Assembly (NCBI GenBank): GCA_950097015.1
Contig: CATNEN010000001.1
Coordinates: forward strand, 2,728,001 to 2,792,000
Source: Macrostomum hystrix
Taxonomy: Eukaryota > Animalia > Platyhelminthes
Direction of reading: 5' to 3'
Length of the DNA: 64,000 bases
Both the position numbers and the translations under genes were made by a program. This document shows, in pieces, positions 1-11,091 of this stretch. Numbering within the stretch: position 1 is the stretch's first letter; the number at the start of each line of letters is the position of its first letter. A model generated the notes under the pieces. That model searched no databases. It was not told the origin of the DNA and was given only the letters and a program-made list of their open reading frames with translations.

Positions 1-205
1 TTTGAGTTTGACTAGCCACTTTAGCAGTCACTAGGAACCAATGAAAAATGCCAACCACATGTGACATTGATTTCGGACAAACGCACGTCGATAGAGCATG
101 TCTAGAGCTTTCTAACGACACCAAAATCGTCGAGAAATACCCACCAGAAGGCTGTCAAATGATGTTTAGAGTGTCAGAGGTACCTCATAATGGATCAACC
201 TCGTA
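1..205. mobile_element. One terminus of a Tc1/mariner-type element or MITE, cut by the window start
   Basis: Ends ggatcaacctcg|TA, the reverse complement of the TA|CGAGG start seen in mariner TIRs (compare the full mariner at 21876-23189). No partner TIR in the window. Confidence 0.45.
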
Positions 206-641
206 TCGAAATTAATCAACATGATCAAGCCTGAAGTTGCATATGTTAAATTATATTTAACGAAAACAAAAAAGGAAATTAAAACAGTAAGCGAGGGAGA
301 GCAAAATAACTGCGCGCCGAAGCTAAATAAAAAGATAATTTGTAGATAATTTAAATTTGCACAACAAAACGAATAGGCAGATAGAATATATTACTAGGCG
401 ATAATAAAGCAGGGCAGTAAAGCGTGCCTTTTCCCTGCTAGAAGGAGCAAATTTGTCTGCCTTTTCCCTCCTGAGTGGAATGTTACTTGCCTTACTTCAA
501 GTAGGAAAGTAAGTACAAATAATACAAAATAAACAAGGTACCACTATCAACATTGTTGAAACATAGCGGCAACATTAGAGAAGCACGGCAATATAAAGAC
601 AACAATGTCAATGTTGCTTCAACATAAGCTGGCAGTAAGGG

Positions 642-879
642 TCTGCGATGTCATTGGCGCCCCCATCTGCGATGTCATTGGTGCCCCTATCTGCGATGCC
701 ATTGGTGCCCCTATCTGCGATGTCATTTGCGCCCCCATCTGCGATGTCATTGGTGCCCCTATCTGCGATTCCATTGGCGCCCCTATCTGCGATGTCATTG
801 GTGCCCCTATTTGCGATGTCATTGGTGCCCCTATCTGCGATGTCATTGGTGCCCCTATCTGCGATGTCATTGGCGCCCC
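642..879. repeat. 24-bp minisatellite, about 10 copies
   Basis: Unit tctgcgatgtcattggtgccccta repeated in tandem. Confidence 0.95.
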
Positions 880-2018
880 GACAGTCCGCCCCCAAACAGA
901 ATTCCTGGATCCGCCACTGTTCCGCATGGATGATGCTGTACATTACTCCTGGAACATAAAAAATTAAATGCCAGTCTGGGCTCAAAATACGTTCATGAGT
1001 TCGTGGACGTTCTACTTTAAATTAGGGCTTGGAAGCACGAATTTAAAGGAAACTTGTAACTTTTTTCTTGTGCACAGGAGGTCGGAATACGGAGACAAAT
1101 AAATATGTAAGAAAAGGCATATTCTGAATTTTAATGGCTTAAAATTGCCAGAAACGTTTTTTTCATAACAAATTCGTAAAATGCATCATTTGCTAACTGT
1201 TGTGTGTAGCGTGTATTTTGTTTCCGAATCACCTCCAGAGCAACAAAATGACTATTTGCTTTGCTCTGAATCCCTGCTTTCAGCATTTCGCTCCCCGTTT
1301 GCAGAACGAAAAAATAGCACAAATAGAAAAGACAAAATTATAAAAAATTATTAAGCCTTCAACTTGAAAATGCAGCTTTATATTTTGTACTCTATGTTCT
1401 TACATTTTAGGTTTTCTATTTTAAGGCAAGAAAATTTTACCATCAAAATACTGACTGGCTTACAATTTATTCCTGATAAGATGGTCACTTTGAAAATCAG
1501 CTCAACCGTACTTTTCAAAAGTTTCGCTCCAGAATCGGGATTTTAGGGCAATGATATGCTTGCAGATAGTGACCTGTCTTCATGCGCACTGGGCATTTAG
1601 CTTCTGTTTCACTGGAAGATATCAGGACAGTCGCTAATGACTGGTACACAACGGTTTGCCTTCCTAAAGTCTTTTGTGCTGTGAGGCGGCTAAAGTGCTA
1701 AATGTAGTGAGCGAGACAAGTCAGCCAGTGTCAATTCCACTTAAAAGCTCCAGCCCTCCAAAACGGGCGTGCAATGCTTTATATATTTACTCAATCAATG
1801 CATGTACATTAAAGAGGTGTCATTGGCATGTACATTGCGCAATCACCATTAAGCAATACTAGCAATCGGCCCACAGCACCAATATTAAAGTTCGCTACGT
1901 CACAACACTGAAAGTGTGATTGCTTCTGAACCACGACAACGCCAGTGAGAAACAAAAATCGAGTTTCGCGAATATATCGCTATCGAGTTTCTGGTTGGCT
2001 TCGGTTTCTTTCGTGTGA

Positions 2019-2299
2019 CCGTGTGACTTATTTCTGTTCCCGAAATGCAAAGAGATCCTCAAAAGGGTTACATTTTTTTCTTCAATGGATGAAGCTGTGA
2101 ATGAGTTAAAATGCGTCTTCGGTGAACTCTCGGATGAGGATTGGCGGCAGTGCTTTGACAGCTGGTTTCAAAGAATGCAAGCCTGTATCAATACTAGATA
2201 GCTGGGGACAGTACTTATAAGCAGTTGTGGTTTTCTGTCTATCTGTGGTTGCATGTTCTCAGGCTAATTACTTTCTCAGTTTTATGAGTCACCCTCGCA
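2019..2299 (+). pseudogene. 3' remnant of a mariner transposase and degenerate right TIR
   Basis: Translates PCDLFLFPKCKEILK...WRQCFDSWFQRMQACI, matching the mariner C-terminus (compare PCDFFLFP...WFHRMRKC at 22065-23126). Ends caccctcgca, a degenerate TIR plus TA. Confidence 0.8.
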
Positions 2300-2489
2300 T
2301 TTAACAGCAGCAGGCTTTGGCGAATTAGTAAAAAGCATTGTTGCCCCTATCACATTGCTACAGTTAGCACCCACTCTGCTACTGCTCGCTTTAGATGAAC
2401 TACAATCGGTTACTGAAGGTGCGAATCCTATAAGTTATATTGCTTCCTAACAACAACGTTTCCAATCCTTCGAACTATAATTACGCCGT

Positions 2490-2975
2490 GAGAAACCTGG
2501 GCCGTGGCTGCTCCCCCGCTTCCACCAAAGACTTGGGCCGTGGCTGCTCCCCCGCTTCCGCCAGAGACTTGGGCCGTGGCTGCTCCCCCCGCTTCCGCCA
2601 GAGACTTGGGCCGTGGCTGCTCCCCCGCTTCCGCCAGAGACTTGGACATTGGCTGCTCCCCCCGCTTCCGACAGAGACTTGGGCCATAATCTTGGCCGTG
2701 ACAGTGCTGTCGACTTCTGTAGCGGTCTGAACGGTTGTAGCCGGAATGGGTGCCGGAGAAAACGACAGGTTTTCCCGACAATTCCATCCCGGTGGGACAC
2801 CGGCGGGAGGGCGCAGGGTTGGGCGCCGGCGCCCCGCTATACGCCTTCCCACCAGTTGGGCGCGGGTTGATTTTGCTATACGCCCCGCTATACGCCTTCC
2901 CACCAGTTGGGCGCGGGTTGATTTTTACTATACGCCCCGCTGTACGCCCTCCCACCAGTTAGGCACGGGTTGATT
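2490..2975. repeat. Two adjacent GC-rich minisatellites (~37-39 bp and ~52 bp units)
   Basis: agagacttgggccgtggctgctcccccgcttccgcc about 5 times (2490-2700); cgccccgctatacgccttcccaccagttgggcgcgggttgattt about 3 times (2830-2975). Confidence 0.85.
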
Positions 2976-3398
2976 AACATCACCTTTGTGCGGTTTTTTT
3001 ATCTTTTCGTGTAGTACACGCGACTTGTGGTTGCAGAAAATTATTATTTCACCTTTAACATGTCTAGTTGCTCTGAAATTAGGCAATATTGTTTGCATTA
3101 TTTTCGAAATTTTCTACTAAATTTTCCAACTTTTTTTCACGGATGCGAAAATATTTTGAGCAAGATTAATTCGCCATGTGCTACTATTAGTAGAAACGAT
3201 AGGATACTGTTTAAGTCATATCCTATAGCTCATTCCTTCCGAAAGACCTGCTCATGTAGACTGAAATTATATGACTCTGCATGAAAACTTAGTATAATAG
3301 CTAGCTAGTATATAAATTAAATTTCTGTTTCCTCTACACTTATTATAGAGCATAGGGACTCAAAATTCGTCGAGATCAATCTGGATTAAGGGAGGTCC

Positions 3399-3730
3399 CA
3401 AAATCGATCCCGTGCCTTGCCTAGATTCCCTAGATTCCCTAGATTAGTAGGGTGAGAGGGAGATCAGTAGGGTGAGAGGGAGAGCAGGTAGGGTGAGAGG
3501 GGGATCAGGTAGGGTGAGAGGGAGATCAGTAGGGTGTGAGGGAGAGCAGTAGGGTGAGAGGAAGTGTGGTAGTAAGATGCAGTAGAGTGAGAGGAAGTGT
3601 GGTAGTGAGATGCAGTAGAGTAGGGGAAGTGGGGTAGTGAGATGTAGTAGAATCCGAGTAATCGGATTCTAAGTAGGTAATCTAAGTAGGTACCGCAGGT
3701 AATCCGAGTTGAATTGTATTTACGAATGTT
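3399..3730. repeat. Purine-rich repeat block, copy 1 (expanded)
   Basis: aaatcgatcccgtgcc-(ctagattcc)n-(agtagggtgagagggagatc)n-...ccgagttgaattgtatttacga; a shorter copy lies at 4705-4856. Confidence 0.8.
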
Positions 3731-4704
3731 CTCAGGTGTACAGGAAAGTCAGTTCTTTAAAATTTTAATTAATTTAATTAATGCCATTAATGGCATGATA
3801 AGTCAGAAAGAGATCAAAGGAAAGGTTTGAGACAGAAAGAATTTAAATTTTTAGTTTCGCATTAGTTGATTTCTCTCGTAGGCACCAGTTAAGTTTGGCA
3901 TGCTTAGTCACTCTTTAACTGACCATATATTTATAGACATATATTTGTTTCAAGATTTGTATTAGGGAATTAAAAAGTTTGAAACAATGAAATGAACTAA
4001 GCCTTCATCCCGCATGTGTTCAGGCGGTATACAACATGTAAAAATTTAAAGCTCAAGTTTAATGACAACCCAGATCCTCAGTTTAGTGACAATCCTCAGA
4101 TTCTCAATGTGCCAACAAGACACTGCTCTAGAGATCTGGTGAGCTTTAAAACTGTGTGACTGTACGTCACTTTTCGCTGCTTTCTAAATAGCTTTATTGC
4201 CAACATGTACATGCGTGAATGCATGTCTTTCCTTTACATTTTCGGTGCTAGAAACGTCTCTATCCCCGCTCCGCTGATTTCCGTTCTAGAAACTTCTTAT
4301 CAGTCCTAGCTGTCATGCTCAGCTCGAACGGCAATTCCCAGCTCTGTTTGTTCATGTGCTGCTCTAAAAATAGCAGTGGCAAAGTCGCATGCATGCAATA
4401 TCCCATTGCTCATAGAGCCCGGGATTTTTTGGGGATGAGGGACTTTGCCCATTCTTTTAAATTAAGTAATTGTTTACCACCTTAGATGCATTCTTTATTT
4501 CTTAGATGCACTGCATAAATATTTATAAATTGCTTTAGTTTTGCATGACAACTAACATAAATAACTTGCATAAATAATTAGCATTTACACTCCGACTCCG
4601 AAAAACAAGTTTTTGAACTTCTCGAGGTCGAAGTGGAACTTGTAAAAGTAATTGAAGTGAACATTCGGGTGGGTCTTTGTAACTAGGTTAGTCGGGTGGG
4701 CCCG

Positions 4705-4856
4705 AAATCGATTCCGTGCCTTCCCTAGATTCCCTAGATTAGTAGGTTGAGAGGGAGACCAGTAGGGTGAGAGGGAGATCAGTAGGGTGAGAAGAAGTGT
4801 GGTAGTGAGATGCAGTATATTTCGCAGGTATCCGAGTTGCATTGTATTTACGATTC
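4705..4856. repeat. Purine-rich repeat block, copy 2
   Basis: Same start, internal units and end as 3399-3730, with fewer units. Confidence 0.8.
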
Positions 4857-5164
4857 TCATCCTGGATTCTCATTTTATATTCGCATTTTATATTCTCATC
4901 CTAGATTCTCATCCAAGTTTTCATCTTAGATTCTCATCCTAGAATCTCCAGGAAGAGAAAGCAGCAGCTCCACGACACCAAGCACGTCAAGAAAGACCAA
5001 CCGGAAGGCCGTAAAAGTGCGTCTACAGGTCTGAACACAATTATGAGCATACGAGCACACATATATTTATGAGCACATGAGCACTGAGCACAACTGAATA
5101 ACGAAAAAACGAAACAAATTCACTAAGTTGACTTGTAATGCCGCATGCTGTTGCCAGGGGCCGG

Positions 5165-5512
5165 TTACCAAGGACGCCACACAGGCTGGGCTTTATCCTG
5201 ATGCTGATGCTGCTGCTGCTGATGCTGGTCCATCGACTGGCTAGATTCTTCGTCAGTAGACAAAGCCGACACCGTTGATGAGGCCGAAGACTTGCAGCAG
5301 AAGCTTATGGCCGTAGATTGAGTCTTGGCTGAGCCATTCAGCAGCAGCTCCACAGTCAGCTCCAGGATGTCGGCCTTCTCTAGGCGCTGAATCCGGTACG
5401 GTTTTACCACCTTGTTGGCCTGCAGCAGCTGTATGAGTTTTTCGAAGCTGGCATTAATTCTGGCTCTGCGCTGCCGCTCCATCACCTGCTTGCTGATTCT
5501 CCTATGCTCCAT
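5165..5512 (-). CDS. hes: HES/hairy/E(spl)-family bHLH transcriptional repressor, ~115 aa, single exon
   Basis: Basic-helix1 RRISKQVMERQRRARINASF, helix2 RLEKADILELTV, and C-terminal WRPW (Groucho/TLE-binding) directly before the stop. First ATG is at 5512; the ORF track starts at a TTG. Confidence 0.92.
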   Translation of the reverse strand: MEHRRISKQVMERQRRARINASFEKLIQLLQANKVVKPYRIQRLEKADILELTVELLLNGSAKTQSTAISFCCKSSASSTVSALSTDEESSQSMDQHQQQQHQHQDKAQPVWRPW

Positions 5513-5585
5513 CAACTCTACTGGGCGTGTGGTTTGTGTGTTTTTTTAATTCGGAGCTCGAAATTTCTCGATCGACCGGCCGCCG

Positions 5586-5655
5586 CACGAGTTTATAAGT
5601 ACCCCCCACCGCCAACCCCCGGCTTCCTGTTTCCTCTGTCCCCGCTTCACTCGTG
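5586..5655 (-). promoter_or_regulatory. Putative HES core promoter: TATA box flanked by two N-boxes
   Basis: TATAAA on minus at 5592-5597, about 80 bp upstream of the ATG. CACGAG N-boxes at 5586-5591 and 5650-5655 (opposite orientations). Confidence 0.5.
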
Positions 5656-5861
5656 AAATGAATTCTGTTCTAGAAATCCCATCTGCAGTTTTAGCTGTCA
5701 TGTTCAGCCTAGATTCTCCTAAATGTGCCTTATCTAAAACAAACCTCATAAGTAAACAAGAAATTAAGAAACAACAAGAAGAAACAAACAGTAAACAGTA
5801 TCAAAACCAATAGCTCAAGGCAAACTACTGGGCATACATTATCAAAACTAAGAGCTCCAGC

Positions 5862-6149
5862 TGTTATGCTGTGCGAGCCTTGTTGGCGTCATATAAATCA
5901 CTACTGTGCTGCATTCGTTATCTGTTGTTCATCGCGTATCATTTAGCTTCGTTACTACTAGCAAAAGCGCTGCTGCTTCGTTTATTGTCAATGCCCCAAC
6001 CTGGCGTGTCCCTTTAAGTCTTTAACCCGCGCCTGTCGTTCTGTTAGAGTTCGTGTTGCGTGAAGCTGAAAAATACAAACTGCCATCAGCAAAAGCAAAT
6101 CATATTCCAACACAAGCAAGGCCAGATACTGCACCACACATTCACGACA
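5862..6149 (+). repeat. 5' LTR (288 bp)
   Basis: tgttatgctg...ttcacgaca; the only difference I saw from the 3' LTR is gccagatact vs gccaatatact. Confidence 0.95.
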
Positions 6150-9100
6150 ATGGCGTCGCGGCTAGGTGAACTGGATCTCAACAACGCAGATCGGGCTCTC
6201 ACTTGGCTAAAAGCATTCAAAGCACTGGCTCGTGCTAACAAATGGACCGATACGACTGAGACACGGCAAATCACGGATCATTTCCTGTCATCCTGTGGGC
6301 TGGCCACACTGGAAAAGCTATCACACTTGGTCGCTCCGCGTGATGTTGAAGAAATGCTCTTTACAAACGTGGAGGCTGCACTTGAAGCCTATCTTCAACC
6401 TCAAACGCGCTTAGTTGTGGCTGAGCGGACAAACTTCTTTACGCTTCGGCAGAGTGCTGACGAGCCAATTACTCACTATCTAGCCCGGGTAAGAAAGGCA
6501 GCGACACACTGCAAATTCGACTCTTTGAAGCAGAGCGACAGCCCGGAAGAAGAGGTGGTACGTCTTGCGCTCATCGCCGGTTTGCATAGCTCGGATCAAC
6601 AGAAGCGAGTGCTTGAAGCGATGCAGATTAAGGAGCTCACAGTCCCTGAGATAATCGACCTCATCAGAAGCTACGAGTAAATCAACGCTTTCGTCGACGT
6701 TCAGGACTCCCGCGGTAGTCAGTCACACGCGGGGCTAACATCACGAGCAACAGTGCCGGGCATGAGTGAAGACTCTGTCCATTACGCCAATAATGGGAGA
6801 CATTCGGAGAACCTCCAGGTTCAACAGTGCAAGTACTGCGGTGGCAAGCACCAGCGAGGAAAATGCCCTGCGTACGGAAAAATTTGCTCGAAGTGTAACA
6901 AACGCAACCATTTCGCCGCCGTCTGCCGCTCTTCTGTTCCGTCAGGCAAGGGTATACACCACGCGGAGATCACGCCTGGCGACTCCAAGAACAATCAAGC
7001 GGATCTACTCCATCTGACTGATGTGGCAAGCCAAGTACATGCCATCTCTGAAGCATCAGAGACTATGGTACTCAACGGGGTCAAGATCCCGATGCAGGTG
7101 GACACTGGTGCTTCCGTCTCTGTGCTCTCATCAAAGATCTGGGAAGGTCTGGACCGACCGCAGTTGGAGAAGTGTAACAGGCGCCTAGAGGCGTACGATG
7201 GGCATAGCCTGAAGACACTGGGTAAGCTTGTAACTGTGGTGGAGTTACGTAAGCGCCTGCATCCCGTGGAGCTTTTCGTCCTCAAAGTCGTTCGGCCTCT
7301 TAGGGCGAGACTTGCTAGACTCTGACGGAATATTCCACGGATCAACAGCGTCTGCGCCATCGACAGTGGAGCCCCTGCCAACAATAAAGGGTGTCAAGGC
7401 CCACATGGAACTACTCGAGGGGGCGACGCCTCAATTCTGCCGTGCTCGCCCGGTCCCGCTAGCCATGGAAGAGAAGATCAACGCCGAACTCGACAAACTG
7501 CAGCAGTTAGGCGTCATTGAGCCGGTGGAAGGGCCGGTAAGCAACGCCTCTCCCGTTGTGTGGGTCAAGAAATCCGATGGTTCACTCAGGATGTGCGCTG
7601 ATTATAAAGTCCATGTAAATGCGAAGATAAAGTCGGAGTCGTACCCCATTCCGTCCACCGAGCATCTGTTCGCCAAGCTAAAGAACGCTAAAAAGTTCGC
7701 GAAAGTAGACCTACGTTCAGCTTACTGGCAGATTGCTCTTGACGAGGACGCGCAGGAGCTTTCAACGATCAATACTTCACGTGGACTCTATCGGGTCAAG
7801 CGACTGCAGATGGGCATGAAAAATGCCTCATTTATATTCCAAAGGGCGATGGAAAGCATCCTGGCTGATCTGAAAGGAGTACTTATCTATCAAGATGACG
7901 CGCTTGTTTTTGCTGAGAATGCCGACTCGCTTAGTAAGCGACTGACCTTGGTTAAGACGAGGCTGGCAGAGAAGAAAGTCAGCATCAATGAAAAGAAGTG
8001 CATTGACTTATGCGATGAGATTACCTTCCTCGGCTTCAAAATTTCGGCGGCTGGGATCTGGCCCGATGATAAACTGGTGGAAAAGATCCGCCAGATATCC
8101 ATCCCGAAGTCGAAGAAAGAGGTCGAGCAGTTTTTCGGGCTGGTTAACTTTTTTGGACGCTTCATTCCCGAATTTTCCTCCAAGGTTGCACCATTGAACC
8201 GTCTGCGCAAGCCCGCCACTCCCTTTATATGGTCGGAGGACTGTACTCGCGCTTTCGAGAGCTTGAAAAGGGAAATCTCCACGAGACCTGTAGTGCAACC
8301 ATACTCACTAGAGAAGGAGGTCACGTTGACGACGGACGCATCCAAAGGAGCGCTGGCCGGCGTCCTGACGCAGGAGGACCATCCGGTAATTTTCATTTCC
8401 AGAACGCTATCGCAAGCTGAGGAGAACTACTCCAACATCGAGAGGGAGGCCCTTGCAATAATTTGGGCGGTGTGCCGTCTAAAGCACTACCTCCAGGGAA
8501 GAAAATTCACAATCCAAACAGACCACCAACCACTTCTACGCCTTTTTGGTGGTGCGATCCCCACAAGCACTTCGGCTAGGATCAGTCGATGGGCACTCTA
8601 CTTGATGCAATTTGATTTCCGAATCCAATATGTTCCCGGTATAAAGATCCCACACGCCGATGCGCTCTCGCGCCTACCGTTTGAAAAAGTGGACTCCGAC
8701 CCAAAGGAGGTCGTCGCGACCATCAACTGTGTGGCCTTTGAGTCCCCTAAAGTAGATCCTCAGCGAATTACCATCGAACTCGCTGCCGACTCAGTAACTC
8801 AGCGGGTGATGAAGAGGATCCGTTCAGGAAACTGGAAAGATTGCTCAGAAGCGGAGATGCCGTTCAAGAAGGTAGCTGAGCGCCTGACGATTGAGAATGG
8901 TCTGTTGTACATGGGAAGGCGTATCTTCATCCCGCCTCGACTCCGCCTCGAAGCATTCAAAGCGGTTCACGATACTCATTCAGGAGTTTCTGCGACATAC
9001 AATCTGCTGTCTCTGACCTGCTGGTGGCCTGGAATGCATCACGACACGGAGGAGTTTGTGCGCGATGCGCTAAATTGAGGCCACGTCTGATGAAGTCACG

Positions 9101-9894
9101 CGACATTTGGCCCCCGGCATCGGCCCCATTCCAGAGAGTCCACATGGATTGGGCCTTTGTACCTGGAGTTGGGAATATTCTGATAGTTGTCGATGCCTTT
9201 TCCGGATGGATTGAGGCCTTTCCATCAAAGGATAGATCTGCCGAAAGCGTCCTGAAGTGCCTCCGAACTGTGTTTTGCCGGTTTGGTGTTCCAGAGGTCG
9301 TAGTTTCCGATAACGGAGCCGAATTTACACCTGACGTTTTGTTGGACTGGCTGCAGGCAAACGGAGCTCGCAAATTAGAATCACCCCCCTATTCACCACA
9401 ATCTAACGGTGCCGCGGAACGCGCTGTGCAGACAGTTAAAAGAGCCCTTAAGGCCTGGACTCAGCGACTAACACAACTGTGACTTCCTGTCCTACTTGCA
9501 GAAAGTGCTTCTGCACCACCGCAATTCCTCTCTGTGGCGCGGTAAGAGACCGGCTGAATTGCTATTTGGACGACCTCTTCGAGTTCCAGTCGTCTCTACG
9601 TTTCAACAGGGTGCCAGGGTGGTTTACAAGCCCAATGCTGATGCTCCTTCCTCCCAAGCCCAGTTCCTGATGTCGCGAGGACATAATACTTCCTGGCTGT
9701 TGGCTGGGGACCAATTGCGACTGGCGAGCAACAACCAAATTGCCCCGCTACCTGGGACTAGAGAGGAGGAGGAGGAAGCCGCTTCTGAGGTCCCGGACCA
9801 GGGGGAGCAGCCTGCGAATGACCAACAGGAAGCTGGATTTGCACCGCGCAGGAGCGCGCGTGCTCGGCGCGCACCTGATCGTTTTGAGCCATGA
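6150..9894 (+). pseudogene. pol: gag-pol polyprotein, disrupted
   Basis: Gag with an in-frame TAA at 6678-6680; knuckles CKYCGGKHQRGKC and CSKCNKRNHFAAVC; protease VDTGAS; RT YQDD; RNase H TDAS/ERE/TDH; integrase VHMD..SDNG..SNGAAER. Frameshifts near 7300, 9060 and 9480. Confidence 0.9.
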
Positions 9895-10039
9895 TCTATA
9901 AATTACTGTCCCATCTCAATTGAATTGGAGTCCTAACTGACAACACACTATATGGTTTTGTTTATTCGCATTCTATAACTACTATGTATTATCATTCGTT
10001 GGTTTCCTCTCCTGCACCTTTCTTATCGGAAGGGGGACA

Positions 10040-10328
10040 TGTTATGCTGTGCGAGCCTTGTTGGCGTCATATAAATCACTACTGTGCTGCATTCGTTATC
10101 TGTTGTTCATCGCGTATCATTTAGCTTCGTTACTACTAGCAAAAGCGCTGCTGCTTCGTTTATTGTCAATGCCCCAACCTGGCGTGTCCCTTTAAGTCTT
10201 TAACCCGCGCCTGTCGTTCTGTTAGAGTTCGTGTTGCGTGAAGCTGAAAAATACAAACTGCCATCAGCAAAAGCAAATCATATTCCAACACAAGCAAGGC
10301 CAATATACTGCACCACACATTCACGACA
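10040..10328 (+). repeat. 3' LTR (289 bp)
   Basis: Direct repeat of 5862-6149, preceded by the PPT. Confidence 0.95.
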
Positions 10329-11091
10329 CATGCAACCAGCAATTGTGTGTTAGGTATCTTGGGCTGGGTTGGGCTAACACTAAAAATGATTATGTACTCA
10401 AGCACTTACCATAGCCTTTAATCATGTGATTAGTTCTCATATGCCCTTAGCTATGCCATGAGAGTGAAGACAACCAGATGCCACAATTCCAGCTAGTGAG
10501 CCAGTGTGATAAAGACCTGGTAAAATAAAGTTGATAAAATAAATAGTCATTATAAGGAAATTTCATAGCAAAGTTATACACCTGTACCAGACCAAATAAC
10601 TCTAGTGTACACTGTGATCAATTGTTATTGCTTTGCAGGAGCTAACCAACAATTTTGGGTTGGGTATCTAGCAAACACTTTACAACAAATGATTAGCCAA
10701 GCCTTACCAGTTCTCAGATGCCAGCCTGAAGATAGCAAGCAAAGCCACCATTCCAGCTTGTGTGATAAGGACCAGTTAAGATTTACTAAGCCTCACTGCA
10801 GTTTGCTAAGTTTTTACCATCCTTTTAACTGCTTTCACTTTCTTGAATCCTTAATTCCTTTCAGGCTCTTCAATTATTTGTAGCCACATTTCACTTTTCT
10901 TTCAAGCTTTCAGCTGAAATGCCTCTGACATCATCCATGAGCAATGAGCTGCAGCTCAGGAGCATATTGAGCTAAAAGCTAGGCTTCTCTTGCTATTGAC
11001 ACCAAGCTGTACACTTTTACCATCCTTTTAACTACCTTAACTCCATTGGAACATTTTAAACACCTTTTAAAAACACTTATTATACTCATAT

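Larger units (their letters stand above)
5862..10328 (+). mobile_element. Ty3/Gypsy LTR retrotransposon, Mag-like, full length but disrupted
   Basis: Near-identical TG...CA LTRs; PBS-like TGGCGTCGCGG at 6151 overlapping the gag ATG; PPT ggaaggggga at 10028-10037; domain order gag-PR-RT-RH-IN; tandem Cys/His knuckles and short length fit the Mag clade. Confidence 0.95.

Noticed and set aside
605-985. Overlapping ORFs with 8-aa repeats
   Set aside because: By-product of a stop-free 24-bp minisatellite that is open in most frames.
6060-6149. ORF-track N-terminal extension of gag
   Set aside because: Lies within the LTR and starts at GTG; the plausible start is the ATG at 6150.
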